From sequence record NC_017972.1: a DNA stretch of 64,000 nt. One strand, given 5' to 3'. Every line of letters starts with the position of its first letter. The first letter of the stretch is position 1. The position numbers and the translations under genes were made by a program. The notes beneath the pieces were generated by a model. That model saw nothing but the letters and a program-made list of their open reading frames with translations, was not told the DNA's origin and did no database searches. This document shows positions 45,504-54,206 of the stretch, piece by piece.

Positions 45504-45918
45504 AGTGACGATCCTTGACGAATTTGTACATGTCGGCGAACGATTTGAAATGATCTACCGAGTAATCGGGAATTTCCATTTCAAACTCTTCTTCGAGGGC
45601 CAGAACCATTTCGATTCGGTCCAGATCGTCTACGCCTGTATCCTCAAACGATTCGGCCATATTCTCATGCGTGATTTCTTCACCGAGAATATTTTGCACG
45701 GCGCTGAAAAAGCGACCGGCAAAAGAATGCTTATCGCCGTAGTCGATGTGGGCGCAAGCTTGCGTGCGCGGCAGCTCAGGCGCCGGGGCAGGTTCGGCAT
45801 CAGGCAGCACGCCGGTAATTTGCTCGACAGCAGCAAACAGGGTTTTCAGCTTGTGTACTACGAGCGGACTGCTAGCCATCGCAGTCAGCACGGCACGTTG
45901 TTCATTTTGAGTCAGCAT
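45496..45918 (-). CDS. acyl-carrier-protein-like protein lacking the Ppant Ser (Ser to Asp)
   Basis: ESFEDTGVDDLDRIEMVLALEEEFEMEIPD versus AcpP [30 protein letters not shown]; codon GAT checked in the DNA. Confidence 0.85.
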   Translation of the reverse strand: MLTQNEQRAVLTAMASSPLVVHKLKTLFAAVEQITGVLPDAEPAPAPELPRTQACAHIDYGDKHSFAGRFFSAVQNILGEEITHENMAESFEDTGVDDLDRIEMVLALEEEFEMEIPDYSVDHFKSFADMYKFVKDRHYD

Positions 45919-46168
45919 TGTTTTCCACTCCGTACAGCAGGGTTTGTCGTGCGAGTTGGTACGCACTATCAATCGGCGCAGGCGGAACATTTGGGAAATA
46001 TTGCACCGCTTGCAGGTACTCGACGATCATAGCCTCGGCTTTTTGGTCGTCCGCTTCGTAAAACAGCTCGGTCCAAACGCCTTTGATATAATCGCTCACA
46101 AAAGCTTGACCTAAGCGCTCGCTTGGGCGGTTTGCTTTCGTCCGCTTTTTCCACTCTTCAAAAGTCAT
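45902..46168 (-). CDS. hypothetical protein (88 aa)
   Basis: RLGQAF...ELFYEADD motif. Confidence 0.7.
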   Translation of the reverse strand: MTFEEWKKRTKANRPSERLGQAFVSDYIKGVWTELFYEADDQKAEAMIVEYLQAVQYFPNVPPAPIDSAYQLARQTLLYGVENNADSK

Positions 46169-46425
46169 CGCATCAGCTTCCGAACAAGGTAGGAATTGCG
46201 GGCGTAACCAATCACGCGACAGCCCGCATGAATGTGCCCAACTTTTCCGTAGCCGCGATGGGTTTTGAAATCCGGTCGCCCGCTACGCCCATACCAAAAA
46301 CCAGAGAACAAATACATGCCCGGTTTCAACACGTCCACACGGCGCATATCCCGCTTCGTTACCGGCAGCGCAATGTAGTGTTTGCGCCATTTGCTGGTAG
46401 TGCGAACAATGGCAAACTTTTTCAT
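46165..46425 (-). CDS. basic hypothetical protein (86 aa)
   Basis: ORF track. Confidence 0.65.
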   Translation of the reverse strand: MKKFAIVRTTSKWRKHYIALPVTKRDMRRVDVLKPGMYLFSGFWYGRSGRPDFKTHRGYGKVGHIHAGCRVIGYARNSYLVRKLMR

Positions 46426-46790
46426 AGCGGCTCCGCTGGAATTGGATTGCGGCGAACGAAACCAAAACTCAAAACGTAGCGCGTACCGGCAACCACAGGC
46501 GACACGCTATGCAAGTGCAGGTCCGGGCGGAACAGCGTGAAAAAGCGATTGGTGAAAATCGCATCGTGGTGCTCCGGTACGCCACCAGATTTCGCGTTCC
46601 ACAAATACACGTTTAACCGGTAGTGCCGGTGGTCTGGCACAGGATCACAATGCAGGGGAATGCCAGCGCCAACCGGGTAGCGCAGAAGGTACAAATCCCA
46701 CTTGAAACGGCTGAAAAACTTCCAGCGATTAAACAGCTTTAGTTTTTCGTAGCCGGTGCCTTGTCGGCCCGCTTCCCATTTGAGTCCCAC
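46422..46790 (-). CDS. 2OG-Fe(II) oxygenase, minimal
   Basis: LLRYPVGAGIPLHCD (HxD), LHSVSPV (distal His), GTRYVLSF (2OG-binding Arg). Confidence 0.85.
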   Translation of the reverse strand: MGLKWEAGRQGTGYEKLKLFNRWKFFSRFKWDLYLLRYPVGAGIPLHCDPVPDHRHYRLNVYLWNAKSGGVPEHHDAIFTNRFFTLFRPDLHLHSVSPVVAGTRYVLSFGFVRRNPIPAEPL

Positions 46791-46793
46791 GAT

Positions 46794-47030
46794 TCACTTC
46801 CAGAAAAACTTGGCCGGGTAACGACGGTCGGTTTTGCGCTGGGCTTCCATTGCGTAAAACAGACGGGTCAGGTCGGAGGCAGCGTGTGGCGCGTAGCGCA
46901 TCATACGGTCGCGCACAGCGCTTTCGACAGGGCCATTCGTGTGGCCGTGGCCGTCAAACAGAACGTCAAGATTTGCACCTTCGCGAAGCATACCGCGCTG
47001 GTCAAAGAATGCGTCAAGATTGAAATCCAT
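46794..47030 (-). CDS. hypothetical protein (78 aa)
   Basis: ORF track. Confidence 0.65.
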   Translation of the reverse strand: MDFNLDAFFDQRGMLREGANLDVLFDGHGHTNGPVESAVRDRMMRYAPHAASDLTRLFYAMEAQRKTDRRYPAKFFWK

Positions 47031-47062
47031 TTTTTTATCCTCAGTCTACCGTCATAAAAGAC

Positions 47063-47085
47063 GCACGTTTTTGAACAGAACGTGC
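47063..47085 (-). terminator. probable intrinsic terminator
   Basis: GCACGTT...AACGTGC stem followed by GTCTTTTAT, after the 136-aa gene. Confidence 0.55.
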
Positions 47086-47100
47086 AAACTGTTTTACTCG

Positions 47101-47511
47101 TTACAGCGCGTCGCGCATTTTCTTGAGTTCAGCAGGCGACAGCTTTTTCAGCTCTTCGTCTTCTGCCTGCTCGATCAAACGATCCAGATGCTCACGCTTG
47201 GCTTGCTTGCTGTTTTCAGCAGCCGCCGCGTCAGCCTCGGCTTGGCGAACATCGATGATGTGTTTGACGATATCGAATTTCAGTTGCAGGATTTCGTCTT
47301 TCTTTTTGGTTTTCACGAAGCTGGTAACGCCCTGCGCTTCGATTTGCTGGTACAGGTCCAGCGCGATTGCGTCGAGATTCGGCTTGTCCGCAACCTTGCT
47401 GGTCAGCGGCAGCTCCCACAGGTTTTCCACGGTCATCAGGCCACGGGAAGTTTCGTAACGCAGTTTAGCGCGGGAAGCTTGCTCGAAAATGTTTGCGGTT
47501 TGTGCAGTCAT
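47101..47511 (-). CDS. helical hypothetical protein paired with the 703-aa gene
   Basis: FEQASRAKLRYETSRG..VENLWELPL...LKFDIVKHII. Confidence 0.8.
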   Translation of the reverse strand: MTAQTANIFEQASRAKLRYETSRGLMTVENLWELPLTSKVADKPNLDAIALDLYQQIEAQGVTSFVKTKKKDEILQLKFDIVKHIIDVRQAEADAAAAENSKQAKREHLDRLIEQAEDEELKKLSPAELKKMRDAL

Positions 47512-47543
47512 GGTGTTTTCCTTTTTACGATTTGATTTGGTGA

Positions 47544-49655
47544 TTAGAACTTGATGTTGAGGATGCGGCTCATGGAACCTTTCACCCGCACTTGCATTTC
47601 GTGACGCTGGCCGACCGAGAAGCCAAGGCCGCTCAATTGGTTTTCGCTGTACGGCGCACGCATTTGCGAAGCAACTACTTCAAACACTTTGCGATGTTGG
47701 TGCAGATCATCACGCAGGAATTCGTTGTAGAAACCACGCGACGACTCTTCGTTTGCGCAGCCTTTCAGCATGAAGAAAACGTGCTCATGGCCGATCTTCT
47801 GATCATTCCAGAAATTCGGCGAGCGGGTAATCAGATCAACCGGCACCCACGATTCGGTCGAAATACCCCACTGCTCTTTGCTCACCGAGTTGCAAGGCAG
47901 GTGGTGCTCGATGCTGAATACGCCCTTTTTCAGGGTAACGGTTGCAACGTGTACCCATTCTTTGTTTTCCAGCGGACGGTCTACTTCGTACTCGAAAATC
48001 TGACCAGCAAATTCGATTTCCGCTTTGAAGCCACCGAGGGTCGGAGCGCGCAAATCCCAGTTGTGGATTTTGCATTCGTATTTGCCGTCTTTCAGCCTCG
48101 ACAAATCAGGGAACGTGATGTTTTCAACAGGCACGTAACCTTCTGGTGCGCGATCAACATAATCCACGTCTTGTACACCACCAGAAATGCGGTCGGTGCG
48201 GTTGTTCCAGCCTACACGCTGGCCGTGGCCGTATTGGTCATGCTTGCCGTTCTTGTGTTCGCAACCCGGCATGAATACGTGCAGGTCCATCAGCGAAGCA
48301 TTGCGTTTGCCGTAGTTCCAGCTATGCGAGAAACGCAGCACGCCGTCTACACGACCGCCCTTTTCTTGCACTGCGCGGCGAATATCGGAATCGGTCATGT
48401 CGCCGTAGTACGACCACGAAAAACCGTTATCCCATTTGAACAGCGGATTTGCATCAGGATGAACCGGCGCCAGCAGGCTCACCATTTGCGGCAGGTGAAC
48501 GTTTTTCACGAACGCTTCAACGGTATCGACTTTCGGCAGAACTTTCTTGATGAAATCCTGAATCGAAATGTCTTCGGCGTGGTCGAACTTCGGCACTTCT
48601 TTTTTGGTCGGCTTGATCGAATCGAACGCACCGCCCAGCAGTTGCTTTTTGACCGAACCGTCTACGAACAAAACGTCGTTTACGGAAATGTCTTCACGCA
48701 CAGCGTAACGGCGCGGCAACGCGGTTTCCAGTTCCAGTTTCTCGACAGTCTTTTGCGCTTCGTCAATCATTTTCTGAGTGACCAGAGCTTTCGGGCGCTT
48801 GTAGTTCGGGCCTGCGACAACAGCCTCGAATTTCTTCACTGCAATTTCCAGCTCTTCGCCGCCGGTAATGTCCAGCAGTAGAGTACCGATTGCTTTGGAG
48901 TGGATGCGAGTTTTCGGCGAGCAGTTCAGCCACAGGAAAATTTCGCGATCACGATCGGTTTTCAGCTTGTTGTATTTCTGTTTCAGCTTGATCAGCAGTT
49001 CGACCGAGTGGCGGAATTCAGCGCCTTTGTACAGCGAATCTTGGTCGATCAAATCGAGCACAATTTCCGCAGCAGCATCGCTGATTTCAGTAATCGAACG
49101 GCGCAGGCCGTTAACGTCGTCTTTTGCTTGGCCGACATAATCGGATTTGTTGTTGGCCCACTGGAAAATCTTCGGTACGTCACCGTGGAAGTGGTGCCAC
49201 GTTTCGCCGGTAATTTTGCTGGTGTTTTTCGCGCAGCCGTAGCTTGGCATTTCAACCACGAACGGATGGGAGATTGGCAGCAGCTTAACCAGCGCCGACA
49301 TGGAATCCGCGACGTGCTGATAAGTCGGGTCTTCGACTTCTACGTCCCACACGGTTTTAATACCGTCTTTGTCCATGTAAATCACGGCGCCGAGATTGCG
49401 CACGAAGTTGCGGCAGTTATCGCAATCGTACTCGGTACGCTCGCGGAACATTTTGTTGGTGCCTTCGGGGAACGAGGCAAGATAATGCGCCCACAGTTGG
49501 TCGCCGGTGCTCGGGCCGTCGATCACATCACCGTTTTCGTCGAGTGCATCAGGGAATTTCACAACGAAAACATTCTGCTTTTCGCCGCCGTCCTTTTGCA
49601 GGATGGTGTTGTAGGCGTTGGTTACTGCTTGGCCGAACTTAATGAAGTTGCTCAT
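47544..49655 (-). CDS. 703-aa multidomain protein with CxxC motif and C-terminal YfaP/TerD-like beta domain
   Basis: EYDCDNCRNF; LRFSHSW...SLMDLH...DVD...PVENI...GKYECKIHNW. Confidence 0.7.
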   Translation of the reverse strand: MSNFIKFGQAVTNAYNTILQKDGGEKQNVFVVKFPDALDENGDVIDGPSTGDQLWAHYLASFPEGTNKMFRERTEYDCDNCRNFVRNLGAVIYMDKDGIKTVWDVEVEDPTYQHVADSMSALVKLLPISHPFVVEMPSYGCAKNTSKITGETWHHFHGDVPKIFQWANNKSDYVGQAKDDVNGLRRSITEISDAAAEIVLDLIDQDSLYKGAEFRHSVELLIKLKQKYNKLKTDRDREIFLWLNCSPKTRIHSKAIGTLLLDITGGEELEIAVKKFEAVVAGPNYKRPKALVTQKMIDEAQKTVEKLELETALPRRYAVREDISVNDVLFVDGSVKKQLLGGAFDSIKPTKKEVPKFDHAEDISIQDFIKKVLPKVDTVEAFVKNVHLPQMVSLLAPVHPDANPLFKWDNGFSWSYYGDMTDSDIRRAVQEKGGRVDGVLRFSHSWNYGKRNASLMDLHVFMPGCEHKNGKHDQYGHGQRVGWNNRTDRISGGVQDVDYVDRAPEGYVPVENITFPDLSRLKDGKYECKIHNWDLRAPTLGGFKAEIEFAGQIFEYEVDRPLENKEWVHVATVTLKKGVFSIEHHLPCNSVSKEQWGISTESWVPVDLITRSPNFWNDQKIGHEHVFFMLKGCANEESSRGFYNEFLRDDLHQHRKVFEVVASQMRAPYSENQLSGLGFSVGQRHEMQVRVKGSMSRILNIKF

Positions 49656-49695
49656 TTACTACACTTCCTCTTTCGTCTTGGGGTGTTGCTTTTCG

Positions 49696-49962
49696 TTATT
49701 TGGCAGCGTCTATGAACGCGTCCAGAAGTTTTTGCGAGTCGGCAGGTTCCATGTCGAATATTTCGATTTCGTCAGTGGCTCGCCATTCTTGTTGCAGGTT
49801 GCCCCACGGGTCGATATACATGACCGCGTAGTCTTTACCGCTGCCCGGTGTTGCGGACGTTGAAAAATCTTGAACGATCAAACCGACAGCGTAGTACGAC
49901 ACGCCGTAGATAAGATTTGCTTCGTGCGTTTTATCACGAAAGCCTTGCAGCCTTTCGCACAT
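49696..49962 (-). CDS. hypothetical protein
   Basis: ATG at 49962 overlaps the upstream TGA. Confidence 0.65.
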   Translation of the reverse strand: MCERLQGFRDKTHEANLIYGVSYYAVGLIVQDFSTSATPGSGKDYAVMYIDPWGNLQQEWRATDEIEIFDMEPADSQKLLDAFIDAAK

Positions 49963-50321
49963 CACCGACGTGATTCCAAAAACGCCACTTCTTTCTGGAA
50001 CGCGTCCTGCCACAATTCGGCGCGGTCGTCTCCAACAAACGGGTTTTCGCCTACGTCGCGTTCGCCTTCCTGCGCCATCATTTTACCGAGCTGCGCTGGG
50101 CTGTATTCATCGAATTCATGCTCGCGAACATACAGCACGGAAATGGAAGCGTTACCGCGATGTTTGATTTCGTCCAGCACTGGCTGCGACAGCAGGCGCA
50201 GCGAAGGGCCGTATGCCCATACACAAACGCTGCCCTCAAAAATAACGCGGTCGCCGCTCACGTCTTCTGCGACTTTTACGGTCACGTCAAAACGGCGTTT
50301 GCATTTGGTGAAGTTCATCAT
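49962..50321 (-). CDS. hypothetical protein with C-terminal Rmf-like motif
   Basis: LGKMMAQEG....NPF....AELWQDAF resembles G..A...G...CPY...W..GW. Confidence 0.5.
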   Translation of the reverse strand: MMNFTKCKRRFDVTVKVAEDVSGDRVIFEGSVCVWAYGPSLRLLSQPVLDEIKHRGNASISVLYVREHEFDEYSPAQLGKMMAQEGERDVGENPFVGDDRAELWQDAFQKEVAFLESRR

Positions 50322-50335
50322 ACAACGTGTTTCCT

Positions 50336-51193
50336 TTAAAGGTGGGTAATACCCAATTGAATTTTGTAGTAGCCGGGCGAACCGTAGACACTATCTACGA
50401 TATCTGCATTTTGGAATTGCAGCAGACCGGCATTGTTGGTCAGTACCACGTCGCCGCTATTCAGCGCGAAGTAGGTAAGGGTTACGCCGTTTTCGTCTAC
50501 GACGGAATCAGGAAAATAAATGATTGCCCGATCCAGCGTCGATACAGCGCCCTTGCTGTCTTTAACATTTACAGTTAATGCGTAGGTGAAGCCACGGCGC
50601 CAAGTGGTACGCCTCGGGCTAAGCAAATGGCCCAACATGGAACGGCCATTCATGACCTTTGCCAGTGGCGTCGGGTTCTCTACCGCATCTTCCTGTTTCG
50701 GCTCTTCGACAGCCGGGCGCATGTCGATATATTGCATACGGAAAGTGAGATTGAAATGGTGCTTGCGCATTGCTTCGCTGCACTGCTCATTGAACTTCGC
50801 ATTATCGGCAGGCCAGATGGTTGCGATATCGCGAAACTTCGCAGGCGACAGCCGCAGAAACGGCGCGTCGGTTTCTTCAAAAATGGACACAAGGCGGTTG
50901 CAAATGTTGTCGATCAACGCAGGCCATTGAGACTCGTCCACGTTGGTGACAGGAAGGCGAGAAATAAAGACTGCCGATCCGATTTGAATTTTGTACCCGC
51001 GTTCGCGCATCGCATTGCGCAAATTGGTGCGGGTAGTTGTGTGCTTTAGCAGGCCCACATTATCCATATGAGAATCGACGGTAGAGGCGAGGGCGAGGCG
51101 GGACATACGCAGCCGCGATTTGCCAGCGGCTTCGTAGGTTTTGATCAGGTTGCTGGTGATGTTCAGAAGTTGTTGCGAATATTGCTGAGTCAT
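50336..51193 (-). CDS. hypothetical protein (285 aa)
   Basis: ORF track. Confidence 0.75.
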   Translation of the reverse strand: MTQQYSQQLLNITSNLIKTYEAAGKSRLRMSRLALASTVDSHMDNVGLLKHTTTRTNLRNAMRERGYKIQIGSAVFISRLPVTNVDESQWPALIDNICNRLVSIFEETDAPFLRLSPAKFRDIATIWPADNAKFNEQCSEAMRKHHFNLTFRMQYIDMRPAVEEPKQEDAVENPTPLAKVMNGRSMLGHLLSPRRTTWRRGFTYALTVNVKDSKGAVSTLDRAIIYFPDSVVDENGVTLTYFALNSGDVVLTNNAGLLQFQNADIVDSVYGSPGYYKIQLGITHL

Positions 51194-51225
51194 TTTCTTT
51201 TAATCTCGTCTTCCGTCGATTTTCG

Positions 51226-51666
51226 TCAGTTGCTTTCTTGCAGGTCGAGCGTTTCGTGCAGGCCGTCGATAAACGGGTTTTTGATTGCCCGCACTTGGCC
51301 CCAAGGTTTCAAACCAATGTCAGGCATTTCGCGTGCCTGCATATCCCAAAACCATTCATCCGCATGGCGTATCACAGCACCGAGGTTGCTGGCGACCATT
51401 GCGATATAGACCGGATACGTATCCCAGCCTTTGTAGAAATAGCATTTGAAAAACGCAATTACAGCAGCACCGCTATAGGCGCACATTTGCCAGCCGGTCG
51501 GCTCACCTTTCAGGCCTACCACATGAACCGGCGCATCCGGGCACATGGCTTGAATCAGCTCTTTACGCTCTTCGATGAATGGCGCGAAAGGCTGCGACCA
51601 ATCGGCGTAAAACTTCGCAGAATGAAACGAATGCTTTTCAGCAAACGATTCGTATGTAAGTGGCAT
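51226..51666 (-). CDS. hypothetical protein (146 aa)
   Basis: ORF track; AGGAGG RBS; preceded by motif copy 8. Confidence 0.78.
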   Translation of the reverse strand: MPLTYESFAEKHSFHSAKFYADWSQPFAPFIEERKELIQAMCPDAPVHVVGLKGEPTGWQMCAYSGAAVIAFFKCYFYKGWDTYPVYIAMVASNLGAVIRHADEWFWDMQAREMPDIGLKPWGQVRAIKNPFIDGLHETLDLQESN

Positions 51667-51691
51667 AACTCTTCCTCCTGTTCCTACATAC

Positions 51692-51702
51692 TATTTACAG
51701 TT
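51692..51702 (-). promoter_or_regulatory. AACTGTAAATA motif copy 8
   Basis: Exact intergenic copy 26 nt upstream of ATG 51666. Confidence 0.65.
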
Positions 51703-51710
51703 TCGCTAGA

Positions 51711-51740
51711 CTACGCACTCCCGTGCAGGCGAATGCGTAG
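51711..51740 (-). repeat. GCATTC/GAGTGC hairpin family, copy A
   Basis: CTACGCATTC-gcctgcacgg-GAGTGCGTAG. Confidence 0.6.
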
Positions 51741-51752
51741 ACGAACCAGCTG

Positions 51753-52082
51753 TTAGTAATACAACCAACCGTCACGCAGCGGACGGCGAATGCTCATATC
51801 GTCCCATTCATCGAACCGCAAATTGAGTTTGATTACCCGTTTGCAATAACGACGGAAAGGGCGGTCTTGCAAATGGGAACGGAACCAGCGAGGCAATGCG
51901 CCTTTGGTGCCCGTGCCCAAGTAGGAACGACCGTCGCTATGGAACCGCGCTTCGGTTTTTTCTTTGTACTGTTCGTAGGTCAATCCGGCGCTGAAACGCG
52001 ACCGCCACCATTCGTTGCTTTCTTCGCAAATGTAACGGTGACGGACACAGGCCAGATCGGTACGGCGGAAAGTACGGGACAT
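51753..52082 (-). CDS. basic hypothetical protein (MSRTFRR...)
   Basis: ORF track, start moved to MSRT after GGAG. Confidence 0.7.
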   Translation of the reverse strand: MSRTFRRTDLACVRHRYICEESNEWWRSRFSAGLTYEQYKEKTEARFHSDGRSYLGTGTKGALPRWFRSHLQDRPFRRYCKRVIKLNLRFDEWDDMSIRRPLRDGWLYY

Positions 52083-52142
52083 GCAGGAAACTCCAGTTTG
52101 AATTGGCTTAATGCCACTGGGTTTCCACATACTGGAAAAACA

Positions 52143-52412
52143 TTAGTTCTCCTTTGGACCGAACCACTTATTATGTACCCACGTTGCTAGCACGATTGAG
52201 CAAGCTGCCGATGTGCCAGAAACAAGTGAATACCACCAATCGCCTTGCATGAATATTTTTGCGTAGCTGCCAACGGCCAGCACTTCAAAAACGCCCATGA
52301 CGTAAGACGTAACGAACATCCCAATCCATTTGTTATGCACCACGTTTTTGTACTGAAAACCTTTGAGGAAAACAGCAACGAACGTGATGCAGAACGCAGT
52401 CACATACAGCAT
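52143..52412 (-). CDS. three-TM membrane protein, paralogue of 28753..29127
   Basis: FVAVFLKGFQYKNV...FEV...SG..A...WVHNK. Confidence 0.72.
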   Translation of the reverse strand: MLYVTAFCITFVAVFLKGFQYKNVVHNKWIGMFVTSYVMGVFEVLAVGSYAKIFMQGDWWYSLVSGTSAACSIVLATWVHNKWFGPKEN

Positions 52413-52609
52413 TCGATCTTGGGCCTTTGCTTGCGGAACGATTTAGCGGCTTTTGTCATGCGCTTAACGTTGTTATGCAGCACGACCGCTAAGTCGTTCG
52501 GTTCCCACGAAAAGCCAGTTATTGCGTCGAAGCTTTCGGTCACGGCATCGCGCTGCGCTTGCACAGCCATACCGCTAAAGCTAGACAGGTGATTTCTCAG
52601 TTTGTTCAT
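52400..52609 (-). CDS. hypothetical protein (69 aa)
   Basis: ORF track. Confidence 0.55.
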   Translation of the reverse strand: MNKLRNHLSSFSGMAVQAQRDAVTESFDAITGFSWEPNDLAVVLHNNVKRMTKAAKSFRKQRPKIECCM

Positions 52610-53261
52610 CGCCGTTTGCCTCTTCTACCTTGAACACGAACCAGCCCGGCAGCTCGCGCAGCGGGTGCGGCTCTTCGATAAGCGACAGGCCGGTTTGTTT
52701 ACCGAATTCGCTCAGGATGTATTCAAACCAATTGCGCAGCTTTGCGGCGCGCTCGTTATCGACCGGCATAGACTGGCCGGTTTGGAAACCGGTGCCGTTG
52801 CCGGTTTCCATTGTGTAAATTGCGCGGCGAATTTCTTGCAGCTCAGAGCACAGGCACGCCATCGATGCAGGCATTGGAGCGTGGCCGCGATTCTCTTTCG
52901 TATCGGCACGCAACCATTCCAACAATGCGGCGCCTTTTTCGCACTTTTCGTTGATATCGAAACGCTGGTCTTGCGTGCATGTCAGCTGCCCATAATGCGC
53001 GATTGGGTACTGGTTATGCCAGACGGTGCCGTCAGCCTCTTTCAAAATGTAGCCGTCATTTTCCGGCTCTTTGTCGTCGGCGTCCCACTCGCCTTTTACT
53101 TTGTGATGTTCGGTGACTTCCAGCAGGCGGAATTGCACGGCTGGATAATTGCCCGGCTCATGCTTGTCGAAGTTTTCCAGACGCGAATAAAACGGGTACA
53201 TGAAAGCGCCGATATTATCAGCCCACATTGTCCAGATTTTTTGACCGACTTGATAGCGCAT
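52581..53261 (-). CDS. hypothetical protein (226 aa)
   Basis: ORF track. Confidence 0.75.
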   Translation of the reverse strand: MRYQVGQKIWTMWADNIGAFMYPFYSRLENFDKHEPGNYPAVQFRLLEVTEHHKVKGEWDADDKEPENDGYILKEADGTVWHNQYPIAHYGQLTCTQDQRFDINEKCEKGAALLEWLRADTKENRGHAPMPASMACLCSELQEIRRAIYTMETGNGTGFQTGQSMPVDNERAAKLRNWFEYILSEFGKQTGLSLIEEPHPLRELPGWFVFKVEEANGDEQTEKSPV

Positions 53262-53272
53262 TGTGTGATTCC

Positions 53273-53674
53273 TTAGCGAGTGGTGACGGTGAACGATTGG
53301 CGTTCCATCAGTTTGGCGAAGCGGCGTTTTTCAAACGGGGTGAAGTCGTATGCAAGCATTCGCTCCCCGTAGGCCTTGGCTTCGTCTTTGCAGAAGAAAG
53401 CAGCGTTAAACGTGTGCTTGTTCGGCACGATGCCAGCAGCGCGTAAATCAAGCGTGCCGGTGTTCGACGGGCCTTGCTGGTACTTGATCGAAGGGTAGCC
53501 AGACGCCGAAAAGAATACTGCACCTTTCAGCGAGCGTTTCGCTACTTCCAAATGCCCGCCGCAGGGAATCACACGCACACAAAAGATTGTGATTCCATCG
53601 GCAATGTCTTCGGGGCGAACGCGCTGTGTTTCGATTTTGCCGATTACATTATTCGTCGTCATGGTGTCCCTCAT
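53273..53674 (-). CDS. hypothetical protein, tandem paralogue of 53649..54206
   Basis: RVRPEDIADGITIFCV...F...FFCKDEAKAY. Confidence 0.7.
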   Translation of the reverse strand: MRDTMTTNNVIGKIETQRVRPEDIADGITIFCVRVIPCGGHLEVAKRSLKGAVFFSASGYPSIKYQQGPSNTGTLDLRAAGIVPNKHTFNAAFFCKDEAKAYGERMLAYDFTPFEKRRFAKLMERQSFTVTTR

Positions 53675-54206
53675 AATTCACTGGCTCTTCCTCGGGAATC
53701 GGGTCCGGTTCATGACACTCCGGGTAGTCTTCTTCGTACAGCGGGTAGCTCCACGAATTGAACATTTTGTCGAATTCGTCATTGTCTAACGCAGCTTCGT
53801 AGCGCTTTCTTTCGTCGGCGGTAAAGCAGCCGCGATTGATTCGATCCAGATAACGCTGCGCGGCTCGACGTGTGCGGAACGTCGAATGGAAACTGTTTGT
53901 GCGCGGCTCGCTGATTGGCGTGCGGATGCACTGGTCGCCGGTAAAGAAACCTTCGTGAATACTCGGCACATGTTTGCCGGTTTTCGGAATGTAGATCAGA
54001 TCGGGTTTATTGCGGTGAATGTGAGGGCCTTTCTTCGGTGCAGTAAACACACGATACGACTTGATGCTTTTGCTGTAGATCGGCAGATGCGCCACACGTT
54101 CTTTTTCCACCCAACCCGTACCGCGATTAGGACCGAAAGCGTGAACGGTGTAAACGGTGACGCCTTGGCGCAATTCCTTGAACTTAATGCGGTTCGGTTT
54201 AGCCAT
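53649..54206 (-). CDS. hypothetical protein, tandem paralogue of 53273..53674
   Basis: RIKFKELRQGVTVYTV...FHSTFRTRRAAQRY. Confidence 0.72.
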   Translation of the reverse strand: MAKPNRIKFKELRQGVTVYTVHAFGPNRGTGWVEKERVAHLPIYSKSIKSYRVFTAPKKGPHIHRNKPDLIYIPKTGKHVPSIHEGFFTGDQCIRTPISEPRTNSFHSTFRTRRAAQRYLDRINRGCFTADERKRYEAALDNDEFDKMFNSWSYPLYEEDYPECHEPDPIPEEEPVNYEGHHDDE

